Source of the DNA: Chiloscyllium plagiosum | Lineage: Eukaryota | Direction: 5' to 3' | NCBI RefSeq assembly: GCF_004010195.1 | Contig: NW_025213942.1 | Coordinates: 1-32,976, forward strand | Length of the DNA stretch: 32,976 bases | Shown: piece after piece, positions 21,911 through 32,976 of the stretch | How positions within the stretch are numbered: the first letter of the stretch is position 1 | How the letters are laid out: each line of letters starts with the position of its first letter | Position numbers and translations under genes: made by a program | The notes under the pieces: generated by a model | What the model was told of the DNA's origin: nothing | Databases searched by the model: none | What the model saw: only the letters and a program-made list of their open reading frames with translations

Positions 21911-22110
21911 AGACCCCATCAACCACCCTCTGAGAAAAGGAACAGGAAGTGACTTCGCCACAGGAAATAGCATCACTAACACAAAGAAATCCAAACATAT
22001 AAATGGAAAGCAGGAATTTTAAGCATTGTTTCGCATGAAGTCCACTGAAGATGTTACCTAGTAAGATAACGAAACGTCTGGAAACGTAGCGAGCAAACTT
22101 ACATCCATTG
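21911..22110 (+). mobile_element. 3' tail of a second PLE-type family, carrying a hammerhead
   Basis: Sequence is unrelated to the 5232-6138 tail apart from the ribozyme core; it abruptly follows a CR1 RT fragment. PLE assignment is inferred from the minimal hammerhead architecture. Confidence 0.65.
22041..22082 (+). ncRNA. Minimal type I hammerhead ribozyme, core intact
   Basis: Stem I TCCA/TGGA; core CTGAAGA 22045-22051; stem II GTTACC/GATAAC (one mismatch) with loop TAGTAA; GAAA 22071-22074; ACGT palindrome; GUC triplet ending at 22078. Confidence 0.8.
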
Positions 22111-23903
22111 TGTAAAGTGTTGGTGACCCAATCTGAGAAAGAATATACTGACCACAAAAAAGTGCAATGGACATAGTCCAGATTAATCCCTCAAATGACG
22201 AGATTGCCTGATGAGCAAACTCGGCCTGTGTTCTTTAGAGTTTGAAAGAATGAGAGGAGGGTCACAATGAAACTTGGAAACTTCACAAAACATATGCCAA
22301 GTTAGCAATAAACAGGACGTTTCCCTGCCTGTCAGTTCCACATTCAAGGCAAATAGTTGCAGTTCAAGGGAAAAATTCTTCACTCGGTGAGAACGGATTA
22401 AAACAGGGGCAAAGAAACCTGCTGAGAGGGCAAGATTAGGGAGAATACCCAGATATTCTGCAAGTGTGTCAAGCGGAAAAGAATAACAAAGGAACAGGTC
22501 GGAGTCATTCGTGACTTGCCAAGTTGCATCCCAATCACCTTACTGTTAGGAGACAGAGGGTAGTGGTCGAAGGCTGTTAGTGTGACTGAGACCGGTGTCC
22601 AATGGTGTATCACAGGGATCAGTACTGTGTCCCTTATTATTTGTGATACGGAGGTGTTGGTGTTGGACTGGGGTGGACAAACTTAAAAACCACATAACAC
22701 CAGGTGATAGTCCAGCAGATTTATTCAGAGGCACGAGATTTCAAAGCGCACAACCACATGATGAAGAAGCAGTTCTTCGAAGCAAGTGCCTCCGAATAAA
22801 CCTGTTGGACTAGAACCTAGTCTTGTGTCATCTTTAACCTGATTATTTGTGCTATTCATAAATGATGCAGCTGTGAATATAGACGGGGGTGGCGGTAGTG
22901 TGACAACTAAGTTTGTGTTTGATACAAAGATTGGCCGGGTGGTTGGCAGTGAGNNNNNNNNNNNNNNNNNNNNNNNNNNNNNNNNNNNNNNNNNNNNNNN
23001 NNNNNNNNNNNNNNNNNNNNNNAGTAAGATAACGAAACTTCTGGAAATGTAGCGAGCAAACCTACATCCATTGTGTAAAGTGTTGGTGGCCCAATCTGAG
23101 AAAGAATATACTGACCACAAAAAAGTGCAATGGACATAGTCCAGATTAATCCCTCAAATGGCGAGATTGCCTGATGAGCAAACTCGGCCTGTGTTCTTTA
23201 GAGTTTGAAAGAATGAGAGGAGGGTCACAATGAAACTTGGAAACTTCACAAAGCATATGCCAAGTTGGCAATAAACAGGACGTTTCCCTGCCTGTCAGTT
23301 CCACATTCAAGGCAAATAATTGCAGTTCAAGAGAAAAATTCTTCATCGGTGAGAACGGACTAAAACAGGGGCAAAGAAACCTGCTGAGAGGGCAAGATTA
23401 GGGAGTATACCCAGATATTCTGCAAGTGTGTCAAGCGGAAAAGAATAACAAAGGAACAGGTCGGAGTCATTCGTGACTTGCCAAGTTGCATCCCAATCAC
23501 CTTACTGTTCGGAGACAGAGAGTAGTGGTTGAAGGCTGTTAGTATGACTGAGACCGGTGTCTAATGGTGTATCACAGGATCAGTACTGTGTCCCTTATTA
23601 TTTGTGATACGGAGGTGTTGGTGTTGGACTGGGGTGGACAAACTTAAAAAACAACATAACACCAGGTGATTTATTCAGAGGCACGAGATTTCAAAGCGCA
23701 CAACCACCTGATGAAGAAGCAGCTCTTCGAAGCTAGTGCCTCCGAATAAATCTGTTGGACTATAACCTGGTGTTGTGTCATCTTTAACCTGATTATTTGT
23801 GCTATTCATAAATGATGCAGCTGTGAATATAGACGGGGGTGGCAGGAGTGTGACAACTAAGTTTCTGTTTGATTCAAAGATTGGCCGGGTGGTTGTCAGT
23901 GAG
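22060..23903 (+). repeat. ~0.89-kb direct duplication (22060-22953 and 23023-23903) around N-gap 22954-23022
   Basis: Collinear from agtaagataacgaaac to ggttg(g/t)cagtgag; copy 2 lacks ~13 bp after ccaggtgat. Confidence 0.95.
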
Positions 23904-24780
23904 GAGGAAGGTCTTATGTTACAGGAAGATACAGATAGAATGGTCAGATGGGTGGATCAATGGCAGATGGAATGTAACCCTGATGAATATGAAATGATGC
24001 ACTTCGAAAGAAGGAACTGGACAAGCGAGAACTCGATGAATGGCAGCACACGAGGAAGCTCAGAGAGGGCTTCTCCACAAATCCCTGAATGTGACTAAAC
24101 TGGTTAATGCACAATGTGAGAAAGCATAGGGGACCGTAGACATAACCTTTATTCATTAAGGCATAGGTAATAAGAGGTATGCCGAAGTTTGCATTTGCCA
24201 AGATGGAATACTGATTGTAGTTCTGGGAGCCACATTACAGGAAGAATGTGATTGCAGTGGAGAGAGCTCCGAGGAGATTCACCAGGATGTTCGCTGGGAT
24301 GCAGCATATTAGCTACGGAGAGAGGCTGGATAAGCTCGGGCTGTTTAGTGTGGAGGAGAGAAGGCTGAGGGGGCCGAGATTCAGAAGGATAGGATTACGA
24401 GGGACATGGAAAGGATGGATTGAGAGCAGCTATTTCTTTTATTCAAAGGGCCAAGAACAATGGAGCACATTTTAAAGTGAAGGATTTGAGATGTGGAGAG
24501 GAATTGAGGATTGTCTTTCACTCAGAGAGTGCTTGGGTCAGAAATGCACTTCCTGAGAGATGAATTGTCATGGTAACTTCACAACCATTAGAAAATACAC
24601 GGTTGTGAACTTGAAATGCGATAAGATTCACGGCTACGGTTTTGTGTCGGAATGTGGGGCTAATGTAGACCGTGCTGTATTGTTGATGGGACAAAGTCTG
24701 TGCTTCTGTGATTGTATGGCTGTGGAAGATCAATCATTGAGTAGGTTAAGGTAGGGATTGATGGGTTTCTGAAGAGTATA
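22110..24780 (+). mobile_element. Mosaic of CR1 RT/3' fragments (partly duplicated)
   Basis: SNGVSQGSVLCPLLFV, FIND..TKFVFDTKIGRVV (degenerate FADD), LQEDTDRMVRWVDQWQMECNPDEYEMMHF, and VERAPRRFTRM..ERLDKLGLFSVEERRLRG. Confidence 0.8.
22649..22841. mobile_element. ~190-bp foldback mini-element with degenerate hammerhead (third family); second copy at 23610-23791
   Basis: Inverted arms 22683-22734 / 22786-22837; 13-bp target duplication attatttgtg(a/c)ta at 22636-22648 and 22842-22854; copy 2 reads CAC-CTGATGA-A-GAAG-cagct-CTTC-GAA-GCTA-GTG (23705-23738). Confidence 0.75.
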
Positions 24781-25209
24781 TTAATAAGAGTTTTACGATT
24801 GAACTTATAATATCTTCTGAAAATATGCCAATGGCAAAATTACGGGAAAAAAAAGGTGCAGCTTTCTTACAGTCTGATACCCCCAGAGAATTGAGGACAG
24901 GGAAAAAACAGAACTTCACATAAGATAACGAAACCGAAAAGAAAACTTCCCATCCAAACTAGTGAACATTAGTCTGTTTAGAAAAAGTTAATAGAATGAA
25001 ATTAGCAACTGAACAGCTTTAGAGGAAGTATTGGAACTGAAAGTAATGAGCACAGACAAAGTCAACAGAGATTGATCAAATGGGAATCATATTTGAGAAA
25101 GTGCCTTTAGCANNNNNNNNNNNNNNNNNNNNNNNNNNNNNNNNNNNNNNNNNNNNNNNNNNNNNNNNNNNNNNNNNNNNNNNNNNNNNNNNNNNNNNNN
25201 NNNNNNNNN

Positions 25210-26310
25210 TTTTGAATGGAAGGCTTGGAGGATATAGCAAGGCTTGGGGTTTGGGCCCCAGCTATTCCCAATACACATCATATATCTGATTGAGTGGATC
25301 AAATACAATATTTTCAAGTTTGCAGATGGCACTAAACAATATCAGATTGTGAGTGGGTGGGCATGATGTCAAAATGCTCCAATGTGATTGAGACAAGTGC
25401 AGTGTGTGGGCAAATACGTGGCTCATGAGGAGCAATGGGGAGGAGAGGCGTGGAATATGTGATATTGTGACCTTTGATGGGAAAAACAGAAGTGGAACCT
25501 ATCATTTGAAAAGGGATTGGTTGAAAAATGTTGATCTATAAAGGAACTTAAGCTGCATTTTTGTTTCTTCTGTGCAGCCCTCCGAGGTCAGTGTCGGGCA
25601 ATGAGATCTGAATCATGAAGTCAATAGTGGTAATGGCACTGGCACGCTGACCAATGTCCACAGACCCAACAAGTGGGGAGCTGTAACATTGAAAAAGGAT
25701 CTGGATCACCATGTACACCAGCCACTGAAAACAATATTGCAGGAGTAGAAAGCAGATAGGCAGATAAATCGTGTATTCAACTTCATTTCAGGGGGATTTG
25801 AATACAGGAGTAAGGGTGTTTTACTGCAGCTGTACAGGGCGTTGGTGAGACCTCATCTCGAACACTGTGCAGTATTATGTACAGTTTTGGTCTCCTTACC
25901 TAACAAAGGACAAACGTGACATTGAGGGAGAGTAGCGAATATGACCAGACTGATCGCTGTTGTGGGAGCAGAATCTGGGGCGGCTGGGCCTGAATTCCAT
26001 GGACTTTAGGAAAATGAGTGGAGATATCAGTGAAATATATAAAACTCTGTCAGGACAAGGCAGATTAGAAGCGGGGTGACAATTCCCCTGGCTGGGACAT
26101 CAAAACAAGGGGCCACAGTATTAGGTACAGACAGACCACTCTGCATTGAGATGAGAATAAATGTCTGCACTCAGAGACTGGTGAACCTGGGGAATTATCT
26201 CCCAGATCAGACTGTTGAAACCAAGGCACTGAATATAAAAATGGATTTCTGGAAACTAAAGGGATAGGGAGAGAGCAGGATATGTAATGAAGATAGAGGA
26301 TCAGATATCA
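25210..26310 (+). mobile_element. CR1 RT-to-3' fragment, degenerate
   Basis: LGPQLF, KFADGTK at ~25317, LQLYRALVRPHLEHC at ~25823, and TQRLVNLGNYLP. Confidence 0.8.
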
Positions 26311-26313
26311 TTC

Positions 26314-26949
26314 CAGGTTGCTCTCCAATAACGTGGCAGCTGGGTTCCTGTGCATCACTGTGTTGCAGAAAATCATGCAATATTAACGATGTGGTCTACG
26401 GGGAAAAGAGAATAATGGGCGAACCGCAAAATACCAGTTAAAAAAACAAAATTTAAGTTCGTCTAACACACACACTAGCACAGTTTAATTAAACCTTTAA
26501 ATCATATATTGTGAAGAAATAGTGCTGTAAATGCAGCACTTTCACAATACAGTCACTGGCTACATCCCTGCACCTTTCACCAAGCTCTTCATCAGAAAGC
26601 GCGCAGGGCTGACTCACCACGTGATGCCAACATGGAATTCCATTTCTCCTCAAGATTCTCCCCCGGTTTGAAATAAAGTTCCTTCTAATTGGAGAGAACA
26701 CTTCCCCGTTTCAGGCTCAGGTTCAAGGCTTTGCAGAGCGGATTGCATTCCTGTTTTAGCTGAACTCTCAGAGGGTGCATTTTGCAAACAGAGGATCCTG
26801 AAGTTGAGTTTTGTTGTTCAGCTGGTGCCTGGCAAGGAGTCGCGTCATAGTGAGCGGGAGCACACTTCATAGAAAAAAGGTGCACAATTCACGAATCGCA
26901 CTGCAGTCAAATCACGTTTAATAAACCCGCGTTATCCGAGAACTGCTTG
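26314..26949. mobile_element. Non-autonomous Tc1/mariner (Tigger/pogo-like) TIR element, decayed
   Basis: Left end CAGGTTGCTCTCCAATAACGTGG matches the reverse complement of the right end CAAGCAGTTCTCGGATAACGCGG at 16/23 positions; TA follows the right end (26950-26951), while the left flank is TC. Confidence 0.55.
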
Positions 26950-27314
26950 TATATTGAATCGAGGAGAAAGATTGATGGACTGAAGGGACTACAACAGTTC
27001 TTATTTTATATTTCACAATGTTTAAACATATTAATGGATATGAACACTGTGTAGGGAAAACTGCATTGAGGAAATTTTCTCAATGAACGAGAATGGGGAA
27101 GGCTCAATGTGTTGAATGACCTACTCCTTTCCCAATGTTTCCATGCAGCCTGTGGGAATGCGCTGTAAATGTTGTCACAAGCTCTCAGATGTTTGGAAGG
27201 AGGACTCTGCAGGGTCAACAAGACTGTGATTCCCTCTCCTTTGCTGATATCGAGGCTGGCGCCGGGCATTCTGTCTGGTTTTATTCTTTAAGACTTTGGA
27301 GCAGTGTGATACAA

Positions 27315-27605
27315 TTGAGTGTCTTGCTTGGCCGTTTCAGGGACCATTGAAGACTTTATCACATGGTTCTGTGTCTGGAGTTATTTTTAGGCCAGACCAG
27401 GAAAGCACGGGTGATTCACTTCCTGAAAGTATGTTGGGGAAGCAGATCGATGTTTACAATCAACATTGGATGCAAGGTCACAGTTGCCATCACCAGATTC
27501 TAGATCATGATATTTTATTAATTGTTTTAACTTCCACCAGCTGCCAGAGCATTATCCTGTATTGGATTAGTAATCCAGTGACATTTCCACAACAGTACTA
27601 TGTCC
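27315..27605 (-). mobile_element. DeuSINE-like (SacSINE1-type) SINE
   Basis: ttccaccagctgcc, tggattagtaatccagtgacatt, and tctggagt..aggccagaccagg are reverse complements of the blocks seen at 8515-9515. Confidence 0.65.
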
Positions 27606-27714
27606 ACATACGAACCTATCGGGAACCACACTGAGCGGGTTATTTTTGTACTGCTTGACAGCTCTGTCAAAATGAACCTGTGATTCTGTGGCATCATGAC
27701 GAGGGTGACGTGGA

Positions 27715-27924
27715 TCATCGATTCAACACTTCTAGCTGAGGATGCTGCAGAAACGCTATCCTTGTCTTTTTCATTAATGTGCAGGGCTGTTCCATTACTT
27801 AAAATGGGGATATTTCTGGAGTCCTTTCCTCCAGCAAGTTGTTTAGTAGTACACCGACATTTATGTCTGGATGTGACAGGACTGCAGATCTTAGATCTGA
27901 TCTGTTGGTCTTGGGATCATTTCG
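27715..27924 (-). mobile_element. LINE (L2/CR1 superfamily) ORF2 linker fragment, cut by a gap
   Basis: Minus strand reads QQIRSKICSPVTS..KQLAGG..NIPILSNG..HINEKDK. Confidence 0.6.
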
Positions 27925-28738
27925 NNNNNNNNNNNNNNNNNNNNNNNNNNNNNNNNNNNNNNNNNNNNNNNNNNNNNNNNNNNNNNNNNNNNNNNNNNNN
28001 NNNNNNNNNNNNNNNNNNNNNNNNNNNNNNNNNNNNNNNNNNNNNNNNNNNNNNNNNNNNNNNNNNNNNNNNNNNNNNNNNNNNNNNNNNNNNNNNNNNN
28101 NNNNNNNNNNNNNNNNNNNNNNNNNNNNNNNNNNNNNNNNNNNNNNNNNNNNNNNNNNNNNNNNNNNNNNNNNNNNNNNNNNNNNNNNNNNNNNNNNNNN
28201 NNNNNNNNNNNNNNNNNNNNNNNNNNNNNNNNNNNNNNNNNNNNNNNNNNNNNNNNNNNNNNNNNNNNNNNNNNNNNNNNNNNNNNNNNNNNNNNNNNNN
28301 NNNNNNNNNNNNNNNNNNNNNNNNNNNNNNNNNNNNNNNNNNNGGACGGGGCGTTTGAGAAGCTTTCACAAATTGGAACTTATTCAAAAATTGCTGAAGA
28401 AACAAACCAGGTCTGCGGGCGTCTTTTGTAGTGTATGTCGAGTTAATCTTTTGGGTTGGTTCATGAGGCGGATTCCTGGGATTAAAGGGTTGATTGATTG
28501 TGACGTGAAAATGCCCCCAGTGGGCGGGGGTAAATGCCCCTCCTGAGTGCCATTGGCACTTGCTATCCTTTTTTTTGTTTTTGTATGTATTTAGTTTTGG
28601 AACTTTTTGAGAGCTTGTTATTTGTAGTAGCTTTAATTTGTATGTTTTTTAGGCTCTATGATTCTTTACTGATTGGTGCTCAGCGATTTGTAATTCGAGT
28701 TCTTCCTCTTTTGAGTTCAAATATTGTTTCAGTCTGCA

Positions 28739-30988
28739 ATGGCTAATGTCGTTCTTAAATGGTATATCTGGAACATTAAGGGGAGCCATTCGCCAGTTAA
28801 GAGGAAAAAGGTACTTTCTCGTCTTAAAAAGGAGAGGGTGGATATTGTTGTATTGCCGGAGATGCACATTGATGACAAATAACATTTGACATTACAGCAA
28901 GGTGGGTTTGATTTTACTCGGAATAGGGGAGAAGCCATACTGGTGAGGATGAATCTTTCATTTAAATTACTGGGTTGTATTAGACACCCACTGGAGGAAC
29001 ATAACCTTCAAAGATATATGGGGAAGAAAGCGGTATTTTGAATGTTTATTGCCCCCTGGCTCATTGCCTTAAATTCCTGATAGATTCATTTGCCAAATTA
29101 GGTAATCTTTCTTCGCAGCATATAATTGTAGGAGGAGATTTCAATTGTCTTTTGCACCAACGGTGGACAGAATGCCCAAAGGCCCCCAACACCATCTTTC
29201 TAATATAAGCAATTAGTGGATTTGTATGTGGAACTAGGGCTGAGGATGTTTGGAGGCAAATCCACCTCATAAATAGGGATTTTATTTTCTTCTTTAACCT
29301 GCAGAAATGCCACACCGTGGTTGATCCCTTCCTCACCGTGGAGCAATCCTCGATTCAGTGGTGTTCTGTACAATTGGGAATATTACCATTTCTGACCATG
29401 CAGCAGTATACTTATTGGTTAAGATTCAGGGCAATATAGCAGATTCGAGACACTGGCGAATGGATTCCGTTATTCTTAAGGATAGTAAGTACATTGAGTA
29501 TTTCTGTAATGAATTCTGATCTTTCTTAGCCATTAATTCAGATTCAACCAGTAACCCATCCATTCTATGGGAAATTGCCAAGGCTTTTGCCAAGGGAATA
29601 ATTATTCCTTAGGATGTGGCAGAAGCTGGAGCAGGAACGCCTGCTCCAGGCACGGTTGAAGGCAGCCGAGAGGGCATACTGTGATAGACCCTCGGTAGCT
29701 GGGCTGCAGAGGATCACAACACTTCGGTCTGCAGTGAATTCTATGCTCACGTGGACAGCTAAGAAGGAACTTACGTTTGAAAAACAAAGGCTGTTTGAGC
29801 ATGGTGATAAGCCGGGTAAGAATTTGGCCTATCTTGCGAGGGAAAAGAAAGCCCCAAAGCTATTTTCTCAATTAGGAAAGGTACTGGGACCCTTACCTGC
29901 GATCTGATAAAGATAAAAACAGCATTTCGGAGATTTTACTCCGAATTATATCAGACTGAGCATTATGACGATAAATGGCTGAAGATGGAATCTTCCTTCA
30001 AGAACTTGGATTTCCAGCGGTAACCCCCAAATAAGTGTCTTGCATTAATGCACCATTGTCAGTGCTGGAGGGTGTAAAGCAGCTTCAGGGTGGAAAGGCG
30101 CCCGGTCCTGACGGATGTCCAAGTGAATTTCATGAGGAATTTATAAACCTATTGTCAGGGCCGATGCTTACCATTTTTGTCACTCACACAGTCACGACTG
30201 CCTCCCACTACCCATACGATAGGCTCGTATCTCTCTTATTCTTAAGAAAAGGAAGACACCAAAAGATTGTGCTTCCCGTCGGCCCATCTCGCTTCAAAAT
30301 GTTGATTTCAAAATTCTGTCTGTCTCCCTTACATTAAGCATGGAAACTATATCCTTCCATTATTAAAATGTACTACACCGGCTTATAAAAGGCTGCAGAT
30401 ATTCCAACAATGTTAGGAGATTACTCAATATGATCCAAGCGTGTCAACAGCAAATTATACAGGTATTAATGATCTCGTTAGATGCAGAGAAGGCATTTGC
30501 TTGGATTGAGTGGCCGTATCTCTTCTATACGTTAGAATGGTTTGGTCCAGGCAAAGTTTTTATCAAGTGGGTGAGGGTCCTTGAAAGTGACCCTCTGTGT
30601 GCAATCCTGTAAAATTGATATTTCTAGAGGCAGTCGACAAGGTTATACCCTTTCTCCAGTGTTGTTAACGATGGTGATTGCGCCACTGGCGAAGGCCATC
30701 TGCAGGGACCCCAACATATCTGCCCCAGAAGTGGGATAGAAGTCACGTAAGATTACAGAGTCTGCAGATGATGGTCTTAAACTTTTCTTAAATCTCACAG
30801 TTTTGGTACCTTACCACATGCAATGCATCAGTTCGTTTGGTGCCTTTTCTGGCTATACCATTGATTATATAAAGTCGGAGGCCATGTCTATGGGCGAACT
30901 CAGGGAAATACCTGATGCCGTGGGAGAATCCTGATTTTCATTTAAATGGTCCCAAGTGGTAATGGGGATGTTCCCTATTTTGGTATAT
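28739..30988 (+). mobile_element. L1-clade LINE ORF2 (APE + RT), degenerate and 3'-truncated
   Basis: MANVVLKWYIWNIKGSHSPVKRKKVLSRLKKERVDIVVLPEMH, IIVGGDFNC, ISDHAAV, FEHGDKPGKNLAYL, KAPGPDG, ISLDAEKAF..IEWPYLF, RGSRQG..LSP, and SADD; many stops and frameshifts. 28344-28738 is probably the inter-ORF region. Confidence 0.9.
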
Positions 30989-32270
30989 TAGAAGATAGAA
31001 CATCGAACAATACAGCACAGAACAGGCCCTTCAGCTCATGATGTTATACTGATCCTCAAGTATGCACCCTCAAATTTCTGTGACCGGATGCATGTCCAGT
31101 AGTCTCTTAAATGTCCCCAATGACCCTGCCTCCACAACTGCTGCTGGCAACGCATTCCACGCTCTCACAACTCTCTGTGTAAAGAACTCGCCCCTGACAT
31201 CCCCTCTATACCTTCCTCCAATCAGCTTATAACTATGACCCTTCGTGTTCGTCATTTCTGCCCTGAGAAGTACTCTCTGGCTATCGACTCTATCGATGCC
31301 TCTCATTATCTTGCGTACCTCAATTAGGTCCCCTCTCCTCCTCCATTTCTCCAATGAAAAAAGTCCGAGCTCAGTCAACCTCTCTTCATAAGATAAGCCC
31401 TCCCGTCCAGGCAGCATCCTGGTAAACCTACTCTGAACCCTCTCCAAAGCATCCACATCTTTCATATCATAAGGCGACCAGAATTGGACGCAGTATTCCA
31501 CGTGCGGTCTAACCAAAGTTTTATAGAGTTGCAACAAGATCTCATGACTCTAAACTCAATCCCCCTGTTAATGAAAGCCAAAACGCCGTATGCTTTCTTA
31601 ACAACCCTGTCCACTTGGGTGGCCATTTTAAGGGAACTATGTACCTGCAATCCAAGATCCCTCTGTTTCTCCACACTGCCAAGAATCCTATCCTTAATCC
31701 TGTACTCAGCTTTCATATTCGATCTTCCAAAATGCATCACCTCGCATTTATCCAGGTTGAACTCCTTCTGCAACCTTCCAGCTCATCTCTGCATCCTGTC
31801 AATGTCCCGCTGCAGCTTACAACAGCCCTCTATTCTGTCAACGACACCTCTAACATTTGTGTCGTCTGCAAACTTGCTGAGCCATCCTTCAATCTCCTCA
31901 TCCAAGTCATTAATAAAAATTACAAACAGTAGAGGCCCAAGGTCAGATCCCTGTGGAACACCACTCACCACTGACTTCCAGGCAGAATATCTTCCTTCTA
32001 CTACCACTCGCTGTCTTCTGTTGGCCAGCCAATTCTGGATCCAGACAGCTAAGTTCCCCTGTATCCCATTCCTCCTGACCTTCTGAATGAGCCTACTATG
32101 GGGAACATTATCAAACGCCTTGCTGAAATCCATATACACTACATTAAGCGGTTTACTCTCATCTACCTGCTTGGTCACCATCTCAAAGAACTCAATAAGT
32201 TTTGTTAGGCACGACCTACCCTTCGCAAAACCGTGCTCACTATCCATAATCAAATTATGTTTTTCTAGTT
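30989..32270 (-). mobile_element. CR1-clade LINE, 5'-truncated, best-preserved element in the window (RT + 3' tail)
   Basis: [52 protein letters not shown], and YKTLVRPHVEYCVQFWSP across three overlapping ORFs; tail tagaacatcgaacaatacagcacagaacaggccctt. Confidence 0.95.
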
Positions 32271-32274
32271 AGGG

Positions 32275-32735
32275 AAATGTGCTTGTGGCGCAGATCAAAA
32301 TTGGCAGGTAGGCCGTGTATGCATCGCGGAGACGTGGCTGCAAGGGGAACATGATGCCAAGCTCAATATTCAAAGACATCCATACTATCGAAAAGGTGGC
32401 CAGGTGGGGAAAGGGTGTGGCGTGGCCTTACTGGGATGAAATTAAACTGAATCACTAGCAAAAAATGAACTAGGGTCAGATGGTGTCAAATCTTTGTCGG
32501 GAGAATTGAGGTACCAAAAGGGTAAAACAAATCACAGTTTGCATTCTGTCCAGGCTTCCAAACAGTAATCAGAAATTTGGATGCAAGGTACACCAGGAGA
32601 TAGAAAAGAACTGTAGGATAGCCAAAGTTACAGTAGTACTGGAGGATTTCAATATGCAGGTCGACCGGGGCAACCAGTTTGGCATTGGATTGCAATAAAA
32701 GGAATTTGTGGCATGTCTAATGAAGAGACAGAGAT
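32275..32735 (+). mobile_element. CR1 APE fragment related to the 3330-3760 segment
   Basis: LVAQIKIGR, AETWLQGE and VVLEDFNMQVD; collinear with 3330-3750. Confidence 0.8.
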
Positions 32736-32845
32736 AACTGGGCGGCCACGTGTGTACCCATGCCCTCTCCCTCCTCTGAAGAAAATGGGAGTAGTTAAAA
32801 ACTGGATTTTGAAGATTCAGCAGCAACTGGCGGGATTTGAGGATG
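32735..32845 (-). mobile_element. Penelope-like RT fragment
   Basis: Minus strand LLLNLQNPVFNYSHFLQ..(A)MGT..PSY resembles the PLE RT motif N.F.FN..HFLQ..G.AMGT.MGPSY. Confidence 0.55.
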
Positions 32846-32945
32846 GTGTTTTGTCTTCCTGTGCCAGGATCCATGACGTCACTGACAGAGTGCAGGGAAT
32901 ACTCAAGGGAGAAGGTGAAGATCCAGAGGTGGTGGTGTAAATGAA
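32843..32945 (+). mobile_element. CR1 ORF1 SGNH-esterase fragment
   Basis: MVFCLP..ARIHDVTDRVQGILKGEGEDPEVVV. Confidence 0.7.
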
Positions 32946-32976
32946 GTCGAGAAGAAGAAGAGGGACATTCTACAGC

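Noticed and set aside
31484..32086. 200-aa plus-strand ORF as a host gene
   Set aside because: It is the antisense frame of the CR1 RT.

Overview
Eukaryotic, repeat-dense, gapped genomic DNA, inferred to be a cartilaginous fish (shark-type CR1, SINE and Penelope families); no prokaryotic features, CRISPR, tRNA or rRNA genes were seen. Most of the window is decayed transposons: many CR1/L2-clade LINE fragments, one L1-clade ORF2, Penelope-like (PLE) remnants, two DeuSINE-like SINEs, a solo LTR and a Tigger-like TIR element. The one credible host-gene feature is the first coding exon of a class A GPCR of the GPR139/GPR142-like type (7863-8079, +). It has a TATA box, heptad N-terminal repeats and a phase-1 GT donor, but no matching exon 2 is visible. 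The most notable signals are: (i) minimal type I hammerhead ribozymes from three sequence-distinct PLE-type families, two with complete catalytic cores (6008-6043, 22041-22082) and one in a ~190-bp foldback mini-element with a 13-bp target duplication; (ii) the orphan GPCR exon plus a possible decayed paralogous promoter/exon at ~2200-2452; (iii) three diverged direct duplications that each abut an N-gap. All family assignments come from motif recognition by eye, not from database searches.
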